A stretch of DNA of 64,000 nt from Myxococcota bacterium (GTDB lineage Bacteria > Myxococcota_A > UBA9160 > SZUA-336), in assembly GCA_965247115.1 (NCBI GenBank), contig CBDFGR010000002.1, positions 1 through 64,000 of the forward strand, given 5' to 3'. Each line of letters opens with the position of its first letter. Position 1 is the stretch's first letter. The translations under genes and the position numbers were made by a program. Of this stretch, positions 1 to 11,100 are shown piece by piece. The notes beneath the pieces were generated by a model. That model made no database searches. It was given only the letters and a program-made list of their open reading frames with translations, and was not told the origin of the DNA.

Positions 1-1716
1 GGATGTTGGCCAGTATCCACCGCGCGTGTTGCTCCTCATCCCTCTCTTCTGGGTCCGCAGGAACATCCGCGCTGAGACGTTCGATCAGCGCGTTTATCCG
101 AATCAGCCACTCGCTAATATTCTCGCTGGGGTCGCGTTCTCCCGGTTCCGGGCGGGGCACATCTACTCCATCAGCGACAAGCTGCGCCCGCAACGTTTCA
201 AGCCAGTCCCGCAGACCAGCGGCAGAGCGGCAATCATCCTTGTTGTAGAAAACCACAGTCGACTTGGTTTCATCTGCAATTGAGGGAATGTCACTGAGTT
301 CGAGGTTCGCATGGAGATTCGCTAGAGCGGCATTTGCATCGGCCAATGCCGTCTCACGTTCGAAGGCATAGAACGGTTCCAACTTCTTGATGGAGTAGCT
401 TTCGACGCTTGCGCGAACGCCCCGGCGGACAACTTGATAGAGATCCACAAATAGCCCCGCGCGGAGCATTTGGTCGATCTCTTCTTGCCGCGTCGCGTAA
501 CGACCCATTAGACGTTTCAACGCCGACGGTTCATAAGGGGCGTAGTGATAGATATGCATGCTGGGAAACTGCTCCCAGCGCGCCATACGAAATCGACAAA
601 CTCCTCGAAGACAAGCTTTTCATCGGCACGGGAAAGAGCCCATTCACTCTTGTACACAGCCTTTCCGGATTCATCGATGAACAGGTAGCCAAAAAGATAT
701 TCAAGGCCGTGCTCGCCGACGAATGGATCTCCCTCCAGATCGAAGAACATGTCGCCGTCCGACGGTTCGGGGAGGCGGGTAAGGCCGAATCCATTCTCCA
801 CCGGAAGCAGTTCGAATTTGCCCTCGCCGGCCTCACGACCTTCGACCTGAACACGCGCCTGCTCGCGGATGTGGCCATAGGACTCAGCTGCACCCCGGTC
901 CGGTTTCCAATCCAGCGGTACGGGCATACCGGCCAAGGCCTTTACCGTACGAATTCGGCGCTGTTTCAGTTCGTTGATCTGAAGCTTCGAGATTCCTGCC
1001 ACAAGGCAAAGATGGTCATCGCTGCGGCGGCGCTTTTCGCAAGTCTCCCGCCATCTACATATATCGCAGTGTTCTATCGGATCGGGATAAGTCTCTGCCC
1101 CGTCTCGTTCTGCCAGGGCCGTCAACAAACCGTGCTTCACCTTCCGAAAATAGGCCGCGTAGTCCGCGAATCGATATTGCTGTAGCTCAAATTCTGACCA
1201 CGGCGTGACAACGTACATGTACTCAGGCTCCACGCCTTGAGTCCTTGTCAGCAAATCGGAATAGAGACAAAGCTGAAGTACGGCTCCCGCTTTTGTTTCA
1301 CGCGCGAGCTTTGTATCGACTACCTCGTACGACCAGTGGCCAATGTTGCTCGGGGCTTCGATACGGCACAGAATGTCGGCACGTCCGATCCAATGGTCGT
1401 GGGACAACGCACCCTGAACAATCACCTGCACGCCTTGTTTCATAGCCGCAAGCGTTTGAGAGACGGCTTCGTCTGTAACCTCGACTCCATCGATTCTGAT
1501 AGGTTCTAGACCGTTCTTTGCCAGGTGCTCGACATAGTTCTGCTCGTGGACGGAACCTCGCTCCCAAAGAAGCTGTAGAAGGGGATTATCCCGGACTCTG
1601 GGTTTCGCCAAAGCACCTTCGGCGACCGCACGGTCTAGTTCGGAGAGATGACGGCAATTCAGGTATCCGACTAAGTCGCTCGCGCTTAGCTCTAGGGAAT
1701 CTTTGATTCGCTTCAC
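1..1716 (-). pseudogene. TM0106-family RecB-like nuclease (usually fused to a helicase), frameshifted near 586; runs off the left edge
   Basis: N-terminal LSASDL..C, GRADIL and YEVVDTKLA motifs, then FFDLEGDP. After FVDFV the reading continues in another frame as MARWEQFPSMHIYHY...LKRLMGRY...SYSIKKLE. Confidence 0.8.
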
Positions 1717-1930
1717 AAGAGGAAGGCCTCGCTAGGGACGTTGCCGATTACCCCGATCTTGGCGCAGGATAGCCAGATCGTCGTTGCGGATGTTGTTCGC
1801 CCTCGTGCTGACAGCGTGCCGCTTATCGGGGGCCGGCGCGGGGTTCACGCACCGACTCGAAGGGCCACGGGACCGGCGACGTCGGATCGATCCAGTCGTC
1901 AAACCAGTCCCGCATGACAAGCCGCATTCT

Positions 1931-1980
1931 CGAGTGGGCCGGAATAAGCCGGGATGAGCCAGAATGGGCCGGAATGAGCC
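1931..1980. repeat. Five tandem imperfect 10-mers, consensus RGAATGRGCC
   Basis: cgagtgggcc ggaataagcc gggatgagcc agaatgggcc ggaatgagcc. Confidence 0.8.
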
Positions 1981-1991
1981 AACCCGCAGTC

Positions 1992-2776
1992 CTACAAGGG
2001 TTTCCAACGTGCTCCCCTACCGCGTCCCATCGATTTAGCCAGTCCCCGAGCCTTTAGGGTGGCGAGGTCTTCCCGCAATCGCCGCTCGTTGGTCTGCGGC
2101 CCCAGCTCGGAACGGATTTCACGTAGCGCCAACGCTCGGTCTGACTTATCCAGCAAATCAAGGACTGCCCGCTGCCGCTCGGAACAGGACGCCGTCGCGG
2201 ATCAGTCCGAGCCCCCGCAGCAGAGGTCCTCGGGTTCCGGCTGCCGGGCTCGTTCAGTCGGCCGTTTCGCACCGCCTCGGCCACAGTATTACGGACCTCG
2301 GCCACATCCAGGTCCTCGACCGTCCACCCGGTGGCGGGCTGGTTCTCCCACCGCTGCTCGCTGTGCATGCGCTCGAAGAGCATCTGGTTGTACTCGTCGG
2401 CGGACATCGTCACGGTCGTATTGCCAACCCTGCGATAGGCCGTACCCCGGTACTGGTAGGACCGCGCGGACCCTTGGTTCACGCGGACCGCGATCACATC
2501 GAGGTCATCCGTTACGCGGACCCGCTCGATCTCCGGAAAAGCTGGCGGATCGATTCTTTGGATTTCGGCGCTCACCTCCTCAATGGTGTGCTCACCCACC
2601 TGCTGACCGACAACATCTCCCGTCGGCGTGACACCGAACAGCACGTGTCCGCCGCATTGGTTGAGCATGGCGCACACGGTTCTGGACGCTTCTCGGCGCG
2701 TTCCCGTTGTGGTCTCGAACTCCAGCGTCTCAGATTCGCCTGACGCGGCCAGAGCTGTGATCTGTTCAAGCGTCAT
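1992..2776 (-). pseudogene. AlbA_2/Schlafen-domain regulator with C-terminal winged helix; frameshifted and internally deleted
   Basis: GESETLEF...VCAMLN..GGHVLFGV AlbA_2 signature. Frameshifts near 2225-2240. The C-terminus ERQRAVLDLL...GRGRGARWKPL* (stop at 1992) is joined directly at ~2170. Confidence 0.75.
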
Positions 2777-2797
2777 AGACGAATCTCATTGCGTCGA

Positions 2798-5779
2798 TCA
2801 GTCCGCACCAATCGTCGCGAGTAGACCATCGACGCTGGTTACAACCTCGTATCGAGCCGGTGACTCTCCCACTTTGAGTGCGTTGAAATGTGCTTTTCCA
2901 CACTCAATCTTGGCGCCTTCGGTGATGCGAAGATCGCCGAGGAAAGGACTGCCCTTCGTTTCGACCACGAAGTACAGCCGCTCTCCCTCATCGGAATCGA
3001 TCAAGATAGCCCAGTCCGGGTTGTAGCTGCCGAGCGGCGTCGGGACCGCGAACCAACCGGGAAGCTTGGCGTAGACCTTGACGGCGGTGTTCTTCTCAAG
3101 CTGGTCCGCAAAATTGGCCTCGATGCCAGATTCGTAGACGACGTGTTCATAGATTGACTTGCTCGCGGCGAGCATGTTCTTCAGATAGCCGGTCAATTCT
3201 TCCTTCTCGAAGAGTTCCTGCGCGAAATAGTGCTCGTCTCCCAAGCACTGGTACTTGATGCCGTCGACCAAGGCCTGCTGCTTGCAGCGGTTGATGGCCT
3301 GCTCGGCAAGCTCGATGAACTGCTGTGGATTGCGCTTGAAGTCGTCCAGGCGTCGGCTCGCGCTGAGAATTCGCTGGATACTTTGTCGTGTGAGCTGCGT
3401 CCGATCCTGGAGCTCCGTGAGCACGTCGGGCAGTTCGATGTCAGCTTCGTCCAACACGACGGTTGCCGATCCGGCCGTCTCGGTCGCCTCCACCCCGGAC
3501 TGACCAATGGCAATATCGGCCTTACGCCACTGAAGTCGTGTCTTAGGGATCGCCGGCGCTTCCCGAAGTGCTCGAGTGCATTTCTCGAGCAGATCTTCGT
3601 TGTCGAACGCCACCCGGTAGGTGGTCTTGTGCTTGATGCGGTCCCAGAGCGCCTTGAATTCCGGGCTGTTGAGCACCGCTTGGCGCGGACGAACCGAGCG
3701 GCGCTCGTCGGCGTCCTTGATCTCCAGGCGCCCCGCCAGCTTGCGCAGCACCTTGGCGATCTCCACCTGCTGCTCCGTGAAATCATCAGGGACGACGAAC
3801 GTCTCTTCCTTGAGTGCTTTCCGGAGCGAATCCTGTATGCGTCCCTTCGTGTCGATATAGCCTTCCGCCCTCAGTTGATCCCACAGGATCTTGGACGCCT
3901 CGAAACCGAGAGCCGTCGTCTGTCCGTCGTCACCGGTGACGGGAATCGCGGCAAACTGGTGCACCTCTACGACACCAAAGCGGATTCCCGTGTCCTGCTC
4001 GATTTCCTGCTGTAGGTTCTCGGCGAACTCTTCGTAACTCTCCATCGCAACGACGGTGAGTGTGTTGACGTCGAAGCCACGCAGGCGCTCGCCCTTCTGG
4101 TTGACGCATAGGCGCAGCCCACGCCCAATCGTCTGCCTACGCTCTCGTTCGGTCTGAATGTCACGGAGCGCGCAAATCTGGAAGACGTTGGGGTTGTCCC
4201 ACCCTTCGCGCAGTGCCGAATGGGAGAAGATGAATTTGAGCGGTGTCTCGAGGCTCAGGAGCTCTTCCTTCTCCCTCATGATCAGGTTGTAGGCGCGCTC
4301 CGCGTTGTCGCGATTGGCCTGATTGTTCTCGGCGGTGTCCGTCCAACCGCCTTTCCTGTCGATGGAGAAGTAGCCGTTGTGGACGTCCTCGGTGGCTGAG
4401 GTGAGATCAACCTCCTCAAAGAGCGTGCGGTAGTCCGGGTGATTGGCGAGACGCCGATACTCTTCCTCGAAAATCCGGGCGTAGTCTCCCTTGACGGCAT
4501 TGCCTTCGTCGTCGTGCTGGCGATAGCGATCCACGGCATCGATGAAGAAGAGACTGAGCACCTTGATCCCTTGCGGGCGAAGCCGTTTCTCCTTGTTGAG
4601 ATGCTCCCGAATGGTTCGACGAATCATTTCTCGCTGGACGGCGAGGGCATCTACCTCGCCCCAAGCTTCTCCCGGCTCGAGGTAGCGCTCACCGCCGGGC
4701 ACCCGGAGCTCCACGAATTCGGCGCCCCTCTCGACGCGGATCTCGCCCATTCGGCAATCACGGTAGACAGCGCGGCCCGTCGTCTGTTCGAGATCGTCAC
4801 CGTCCTGGACGACCTTTACCTGCCGCCGAACTTTTCCCGCGACCTCGACGTCAAGCTCGACCCTGGCGCTGATGGTTCCACGCCGGCTGCTCGTTGAGAT
4901 GAGCCGGACGTAGGGCCTGTTGTGCGCGCCCTCGACCGTAGCGGACGCCACCTCGATCTGCTTGACCAGCTTGCGCTCATAGGCGTCGACAGCGTCGAGC
5001 CGATAGACCATGTGATGCTTGTCCGCGTGCGTTGCTGAGTAGCGCAGTGTGCATAGGGGGTTCATCGCCCCCAGAGCCTCTCTGCCGCGCCCGGCCAAGC
5101 CGCCGTCCACGCTCTGCGGCTCGTCGACGATCAGAATGGGCCGCGTAGCCTTAATGAGATCGATCGGCTTCTCGCCGCCCGTCTTCTCGCTGTCCTTGTA
5201 AAGGTTGTTGACATCCTTCTTGTTGATGGCACCGACCGTCACCACCATGATCTGGATCTGCGGACTGGTGGCGAAATTCCGCACCTGCCCGAGCTTCGTG
5301 GAATCGTAGAGGAAATAGTCGAAGGGTGTTCCGGAGTAGAGTGCCCGGAAGTGCTCATCGGTAATCTGCAGCGACTTGTAGACGCCTTCCTTGATCGCGA
5401 TGGATGGAACGACGATGACGAACTTGGTGAAACCGTAGCGCTTGTTCAGCTCGAAGATCGTCCGCAGGTAGACATAGGTCTTGCCGGTTCCCGTCTCCAT
5501 CTCCACCGTGAAGTCTCCCGAGTCCAGGGAGTCAGACGGCGCGACGCCGTTCCGCAGTTGAATGTCCTTCAGGTTTCCCAGGATTTCCTCGGTGAGCAAG
5601 GCCAGCCGGTTCCCGATACCGAGATCGTTTGGGGCGAACGCGAGACGCGCTTGCAGCTCCGCTGGGTCCTGTGTGACGGTAAATTCGGTCCGGCAGATCT
5701 CCTGCCCGCGGAACAGGTCGCACACGGCTTCAACCGCTTGGATTTGGAAGTCGAGGTTCGGCTCGAAATGGAGTTTCAC
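2798..5779 (-). CDS. res: Type III restriction-modification Res subunit (helicase-nuclease)
   Basis: 993 aa; METGTGKT Walker A, DEPQ, RYSAT, LREGWDNPNVFQIC, QTIGRGLR and a C-terminal YNPDWA..VETKG nuclease motif. Confidence 0.93.
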   Translation of the reverse strand: MKLHFEPNLDFQIQAVEAVCDLFRGQEICRTEFTVTQDPAELQARLAFAPNDLGIGNRLALLTEEILGNLKDIQLRNGVAPSDSLDSGDFTVEMETGTGKTYVYLRTIFELNKRYGFTKFVIVVPSIAIKEGVYKSLQITDEHFRALYSGTPFDYFLYDSTKLGQVRNFATSPQIQIMVVTVGAINKKDVNNLYKDSEKTGGEKPIDLIKATRPILIVDEPQSVDGGLAGRGREALGAMNPLCTLRYSATHADKHHMVYRLDAVDAYERKLVKQIEVASATVEGAHNRPYVRLISTSSRRGTISARVELDVEVAGKVRRQVKVVQDGDDLEQTTGRAVYRDCRMGEIRVERGAEFVELRVPGGERYLEPGEAWGEVDALAVQREMIRRTIREHLNKEKRLRPQGIKVLSLFFIDAVDRYRQHDDEGNAVKGDYARIFEEEYRRLANHPDYRTLFEEVDLTSATEDVHNGYFSIDRKGGWTDTAENNQANRDNAERAYNLIMREKEELLSLETPLKFIFSHSALREGWDNPNVFQICALRDIQTERERRQTIGRGLRLCVNQKGERLRGFDVNTLTVVAMESYEEFAENLQQEIEQDTGIRFGVVEVHQFAAIPVTGDDGQTTALGFEASKILWDQLRAEGYIDTKGRIQDSLRKALKEETFVVPDDFTEQQVEIAKVLRKLAGRLEIKDADERRSVRPRQAVLNSPEFKALWDRIKHKTTYRVAFDNEDLLEKCTRALREAPAIPKTRLQWRKADIAIGQSGVEATETAGSATVVLDEADIELPDVLTELQDRTQLTRQSIQRILSASRRLDDFKRNPQQFIELAEQAINRCKQQALVDGIKYQCLGDEHYFAQELFEKEELTGYLKNMLAASKSIYEHVVYESGIEANFADQLEKNTAVKVYAKLPGWFAVPTPLGSYNPDWAILIDSDEGERLYFVVETKGSPFLGDLRITEGAKIECGKAHFNALKVGESPARYEVVTSVDGLLATIGAD

Positions 5780-5786
5780 GGCGGTC

Positions 5787-7385
5787 TCACAAGCTCCGGA
5801 CGTTCCCCAACCCGCGCTGACACAGGATGGCCGTGAGATTCGTCTTGGCTACGTCATCCACAAATGCGCTATCGCGGAACACCACGGTGCTGTCGCCGGC
5901 AGGCGCAAGCTCGCCATGCCACTCGGCAATGCCGAGCGCTAGAGGCTCGACATCCTCCAGACCGATGTCTTCGTCAAGGCAGGCGATCAACGTGCCAGCG
6001 CCGACGGAATGGACGGCTTTACCCGCGATGGCCCGGGCTTCCATGGGCACACAGAGGTCAAGCCCGAGCTTCAGCAAAGGCTCGTAGAGAATGTCTTCTT
6101 CTGTTCGATCCCGTTTGATGTGGTCTACGTTTCCGAGCAGCGTCCCAGCCAAGTCTTCGCGGTCTGGGTCCCAAGCACGAATGTTGGAGGTGTCGAGTTT
6201 GAAGACACGGAAACCGAGGTCGCCTGAAAACATCGGATTGTCATCTCGGCTCTTGCCTCCAACACGACGGACACGTTCCTTGGCAATCTCCGCAAGGTTT
6301 CGCGGCCTAGCCAGTGCGTCACACAGTTCTACCGCGCTCCTCTGATCCCGACTCACGCTGTCAAGCGGCTCAGGAAGTTGTACCAGTATGAACCGCCGAC
6401 GGATTGAGTCCCGTGAGTTGAGTTCTAGGATGGCTTTTGCCGCTGCGCCCGAACCAGCGAAAAAGTCCATCAAGATGTCGCCGTCATCTCTCAATAGGAA
6501 TGGGAAAATGGTTGTCAATAATCGGACAGGTTTGGGATTGGTAAAGACCTTTCCTTCGTCTGGGAAGTCTGCTTTCAAGTCATAAGCTCCCAAGCGACCA
6601 TCTAACTCGAGAACACTGCTGAGTTTTTCCTGATACTCGCTGGCGTATACCTTGAGTTCAACGATCTTTCCCTCATCGCTACCGAAAAGAACTTTGTTCT
6701 TGTTCAAAAGGTTGTCCATGGTCTCTTTTGGAAATCTGCAACCCATTAAAGGTTGCTTGCAGGGTTTACCTGTTACCGGGTGAATGATGTCGTACCGATA
6801 TCCCTCACGGCCGGGATTATGAACGCTCTGGCTCCCGGTATATACGCCTTCAGCGTCAATGTATTTATATCGATCCATCGGTCCCAGTTCCGTTTTGTTT
6901 TCCTGGAACCATCTTACGAAGGCATTTGTCAGTTCCTGACCAGAGTATTTAGAAGTTAATTCTTTACCGATGCGTAGGAGAGCTTCCTTCACATCGGACA
7001 CGTGAGACTACGGGTCAATACAGATGAGCTTCACCTTCCCGGCGTAGCTCTTCTGCAGGAGTTTGAGCACCTCAAGGTTGTCGCCCTCGATCATCAGATT
7101 CTGCGTCGTACTCCAGTCGACACTCTCCTCAGGGCACGGGCGCAGAGTTCCGGTCGAAGGAGTCAAAGCGAGCTGCCGGGCTTGGCGCTTGCCGTGCCAG
7201 TTGAGGCCGTACTTCTCCTCGCGCTCGTCCACTGCGCCTCCGAGGACCTGCTTGAGTACCTCGAAGTCGACCTGCCCCTCGGTGAACGCCTCGGGAAACA
7301 GCATCTTCAGCTGTTCAAGGTTTTCCGCCACGACATCGGCCGAGCGAGTCTCGGGGTCGTTGATCTTGATCTTGATCTTGTTCAT
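5787..7385 (-). pseudogene. mod: Type III R-M Mod methyltransferase, split; catalytic DPPY region deleted
   Basis: The N-part (7008-7385) has YGLNWHGK and EGDNLEVLKLLQKSY and stops at ICIDP*. The C-part (5787-7001) has the variable region, NPKP and DFFAGSG. Only 6 nt separate the two parts. Confidence 0.85.
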
Positions 7386-7403
7386 ACGTTCTTCTCGGCT
7401 CAC

Positions 7404-8157
7404 AGTGTGGCGCGCACGCATCGCGGTTGGTCCGCAGGCGCTTGAGTTCCAGGTTCATGTCTGCTTGACGGGCTATTTGCTTTTCCTTGCGGGCGGCGGC
7501 AGTCAGCTCAGAGATTCGGGATTCCAGACCCGCGTACTCTTCCAACGCGGCCGTCCGGTCCGTTGCCTCCATCGCTGATGTTGGGATCAGAAACCTGCCC
7601 GTGACACTGGCGGCGCGTAACGCCTGCACCGAATCGATCCAGCTCTGGTAGAGGGCATAGAGCGTGGTACGGGGCTGTCGGCTCATCGCAAGTGCGTCGC
7701 AGAACGCAGCGGCCAGTTCATCGGTGCAGTCATCTCCAAGCCGGGCGGTGACGACATCGCCGTCGAGCACGGTCTTTCCCGCTTCGCCTTGCGACCAGCG
7801 CTTGTGGGCCAGCGAAAGTTCAGGGGCGTCTCCCTGCCATGCGATGAGTAGTACGGGATAGGGGACGGCCCGGTGGACCAGTTCGGTGAGCCGCTCGGAG
7901 CGTGTCACGGAACGAAATGTTAGCTTCAGCACGGCGATCTCGAGATACTCGCGGGCTGCGTCACGATGTTCAGCTATCCCGACCGTGGTGGGTTTCAGTG
8001 CGGCTAGCCAGCGGATCTCCTCGACGCCCTCCCGGATGCGACGCTTGTCGGCCGCCGTGGGTGCCCCGTTCTCGATCAGAAGCGTTTTCGGCACTCGACG
8101 GTCGACAAGCGCACCGGCGGGTAGGGCGAGAGCCGCGATGGGATCAAATGGCTTCAT
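7404..8157 (-). CDS. DUF4391-like protein; the native stop near 7404 appears lost by a frameshift at ~7417 (ORF reads on to 7315)
   Basis: RRVPK..L, IRWLAALKP, HRAVPYP and KEKQ..RQ..MNLELK. ATGA overlap with the helicase. The alternative frame gives RATL-TGA just before mod. Confidence 0.72.
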
Positions 8158-11100
8158 GCCGCCTCCGCCGCCAATACGACGAGGAAGGCCACCACCTCGA
8201 AGTCGTTGATGCCGGCGAACTCACTCACCAACGCATGTGTGCCGCCGGGCGTGAAGAGGCTGGCAACCGCGCGCTCTTCGCTTTGTCCCACGATTGAAGC
8301 GACCGCAGCAGCCAGGAGCCGTTGCGCAACGCGCATGTCCCGGTCTCCTCGGGTGACCTTGTCAAAGCGGGAACAGGCGCCGGCATCCGGCATGTCGCGG
8401 CCCAGGCATAGCGATTTCAAACGGTCCAGAACCTGCTTGGCCTGGGTGAACGACAGCAGCACGGCACCGTCCTCGCCGACGTGAACCAGGTAGTGCGGCG
8501 CGAGGGGATACCCAGGCTCAAACTGCCGAGCCGCCGCCGGTCCCTCCGCTCGGAGACAAAAGATCATGCCAGGCGGAATCTCGACGTCGGCCGTTGTGGT
8601 CACTGCATAGACACCGAGCGGTAGGGCCGTCAGGGCATCCGGTTGCCCTCTCAGGTAGTCGGCCAGATCGATACGGAAATCCGTCAAGGTGAGGTCCGCA
8701 ATGGAAACGCCGGACGACAGGTCTTCCAGATCGATGACCGCGTCCTGCAGCTTGAGGAGTTGCTTGCGGCGGTACTCCAGGTCGTTCATCGGATCGCCCG
8801 ACTGCTGCTCGATCAGGTTCTCCTCACCCGTCGCGGAGATGTCCAGGAGCACCATGCGACCGCTCACTCTTTGTTCCAGCCGCAGATACTCCTCGAGCTC
8901 CAGATTGGGCCAGAAGTTCACGAGTTGGATGCACTCATTGGGCGCGCCGATCCGGTCGATGCGACCGAATCGCTGGATGATGCGCACCGGGTTCCAGTGG
9001 ATGTCGTAGTTGATGAGCCAGTCGCAATCCTGGAGGTTCTGGCCTTCCGAGATGCAGTCCGTGGCAATCAGGAGATCGATTTCACCTTCCTTGGCCAAGT
9101 CTTCGGGGCGTTCCTTGGTCCGTGGCGCAAAGGCGGTCAGGATGGACGCGAGGTCCTTTCGGAGATGCGGCAGGGTCGTCTGATTCCCTCCCGTCCCGGT
9201 CACGAGAGCCGATTGCAACCCCAGCGTGTTCTGCGCCCATGGCGAGAGTTCGTCGTAGAGGTAGCGGGCCGTATCCGCGAACGCCGTGAAAACGATCAGC
9301 TTCCGGTTCTCGGAGTTGATGGGGGCGTGACACTTCCTCTCGATGACTGCGCGCAGCTCGGCGAGCTTGGCGTCACGCGTCGCACTGACTTCGCAAGCCG
9401 CCGCGTGGAGCGTGGCCAGGCGATTCCGATCTTCAACCAGATCCTGTTTCCAGCGGATCAGGTCGACGTCTTGAAGCAGGACCTTGACCTTGCGGCCCAC
9501 CAGCAAGCTCTCGAACGCAGGGTCCTCGATGTCGACATCGGCGATGTCGAGCTCTTCCAGTTCGTCGGCCTGCTCCTCGATGCGTGCGAGTGTCGCCTCC
9601 ACATCGTTGAGTTGGCGCCGTACCGTAAGCGCGAAGGAGGTCACCGAACTTTCCATGCGCTTTAACGCGTTGACACGCAGGAGCTGGATCAGACTTTCCT
9701 CGCGGTCCGCCTGCCGGAAGAATCCCTCACCGCTCTCGAGTTTGGTGCTGTACATCTCGTCATACGCGTCCCGCTTGTGTGGCATCACGTATCGGAGCGG
9801 GGCATAGGCAGCCAGGTTCAGACGTCGAATCTCGAAGTTGATTTCGCGGATGGAGGGGAATTCGCCCGCCAGGTCTACGTCGGGTTTGACATTGATGGGT
9901 TTCAGTCGCTCTGGAAAACGGCCTGTCTCCGACGTTCCGTAGTACTTCTCGAGATGTCGGCGCGAGCGCGCGATGGTGAGTCGATCCAGCAGCGCGAAAT
10001 AATCGAACCCCAGCATTTCGATGAGCCGCGACGGCGTGCGCTCGGCATCGTCGAGGTCGAGCCATCGGTTGAACTGCTTCTGTGCGAGCCGGGTCGTGCC
10101 GTCGACACTTGAAATGCCGTGGTCGACCAGTGCTGTGTCGTCCCCCTCCGTCGCAAAGGCGATCTGATTGCGCAGGTCGGCCAAGCGGTTGTTGACTGGG
10201 GTCGCGGACAGCATGAGCACCCTCGTCTTCACGCCCTCGCGTACGATCCGGCGCATCAACCGGTCGTAACGAGTCTCGCCTCCCTGTCGGGGGGTGCGCT
10301 TGTTGCGAAAGTTGTGTGACTCATCGATGACGACGAGGTCGTAGTTCCCCCAATTCACGTAGCTAAGGTCGATATCGCCCGACATGCCCCCGTCACGCGA
10401 CAGATCCGTGTGGTTGAGGATGTCGTAGTTGAAGCGGTCACCAGCGAGGAAGTTGCGACGGTCGTTGGCGCGATAAAGGGTCCAGTTGTCGCGCAGACGC
10501 TTGGGGCAGAGAACCAGAACGCGGTCGTTGCGTAGCTCGTGATACTTGATGATGGCCAGCGCCTCGAACGTTTTTCCAAGCCCCACGCTGTCGGCAACGA
10601 TGCACCCGCCGAAACGGTTGAGCTTGTCGATGGCGCCCACGACGCCGTCGCGCTGAAACTTGAAGAGCTTCTTCCAGACCTCCGTATTGCGGATTCCCGT
10701 GGCTGACTTGACGACTTGCTCTTCGTCCAGTTCATCGCCTTGGGTGCGGAGCATGTGGTGCAAGATCAATGCATAGATGCTGAGCGGATCGCGGTGCGCC
10801 GCGAGGGATCGCAACAGGTCCACGACACCGGCCTTGGCTGCGTTACCCACGGCCAAGGCAGACCATTGCTCGTCGAACCATTCACACAACCGCTCGCTTT
10901 CCTCGGGGGTCTCGGAGGCCTGGATTAGGTTGAGTGGGTTGCCCGGAGCGAGACCGAGCCCGTCCGTGCTGAACGAGAACGAGCCCAGCACGGCCTGCTG
11001 CGGGCTCCCATCACCGTTGCGCAGAACGACAGCACCTTGTGGAACGGGTCGGTCGGCCCGGCGGACCTCGACCGTCTTCTCCACCCAATCCGCGCAGCGA

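Noticed and set aside
1730..1760. IS end at CTAG, and CTAG at several other junctions
   Set aside because: No transposase or matching inverted repeat found; many CTAGs are simply C plus a TAG stop.
1931..1980. CRISPR array
   Set aside because: Contiguous 10-mers without spacers; no cas genes or repeat-spacer array seen in the window.
7362..7379. (AAGATC)x3 at the 5' end of mod as a phase-variation tract
   Set aside because: The unit is 6 nt, so slippage keeps the frame; only three copies.
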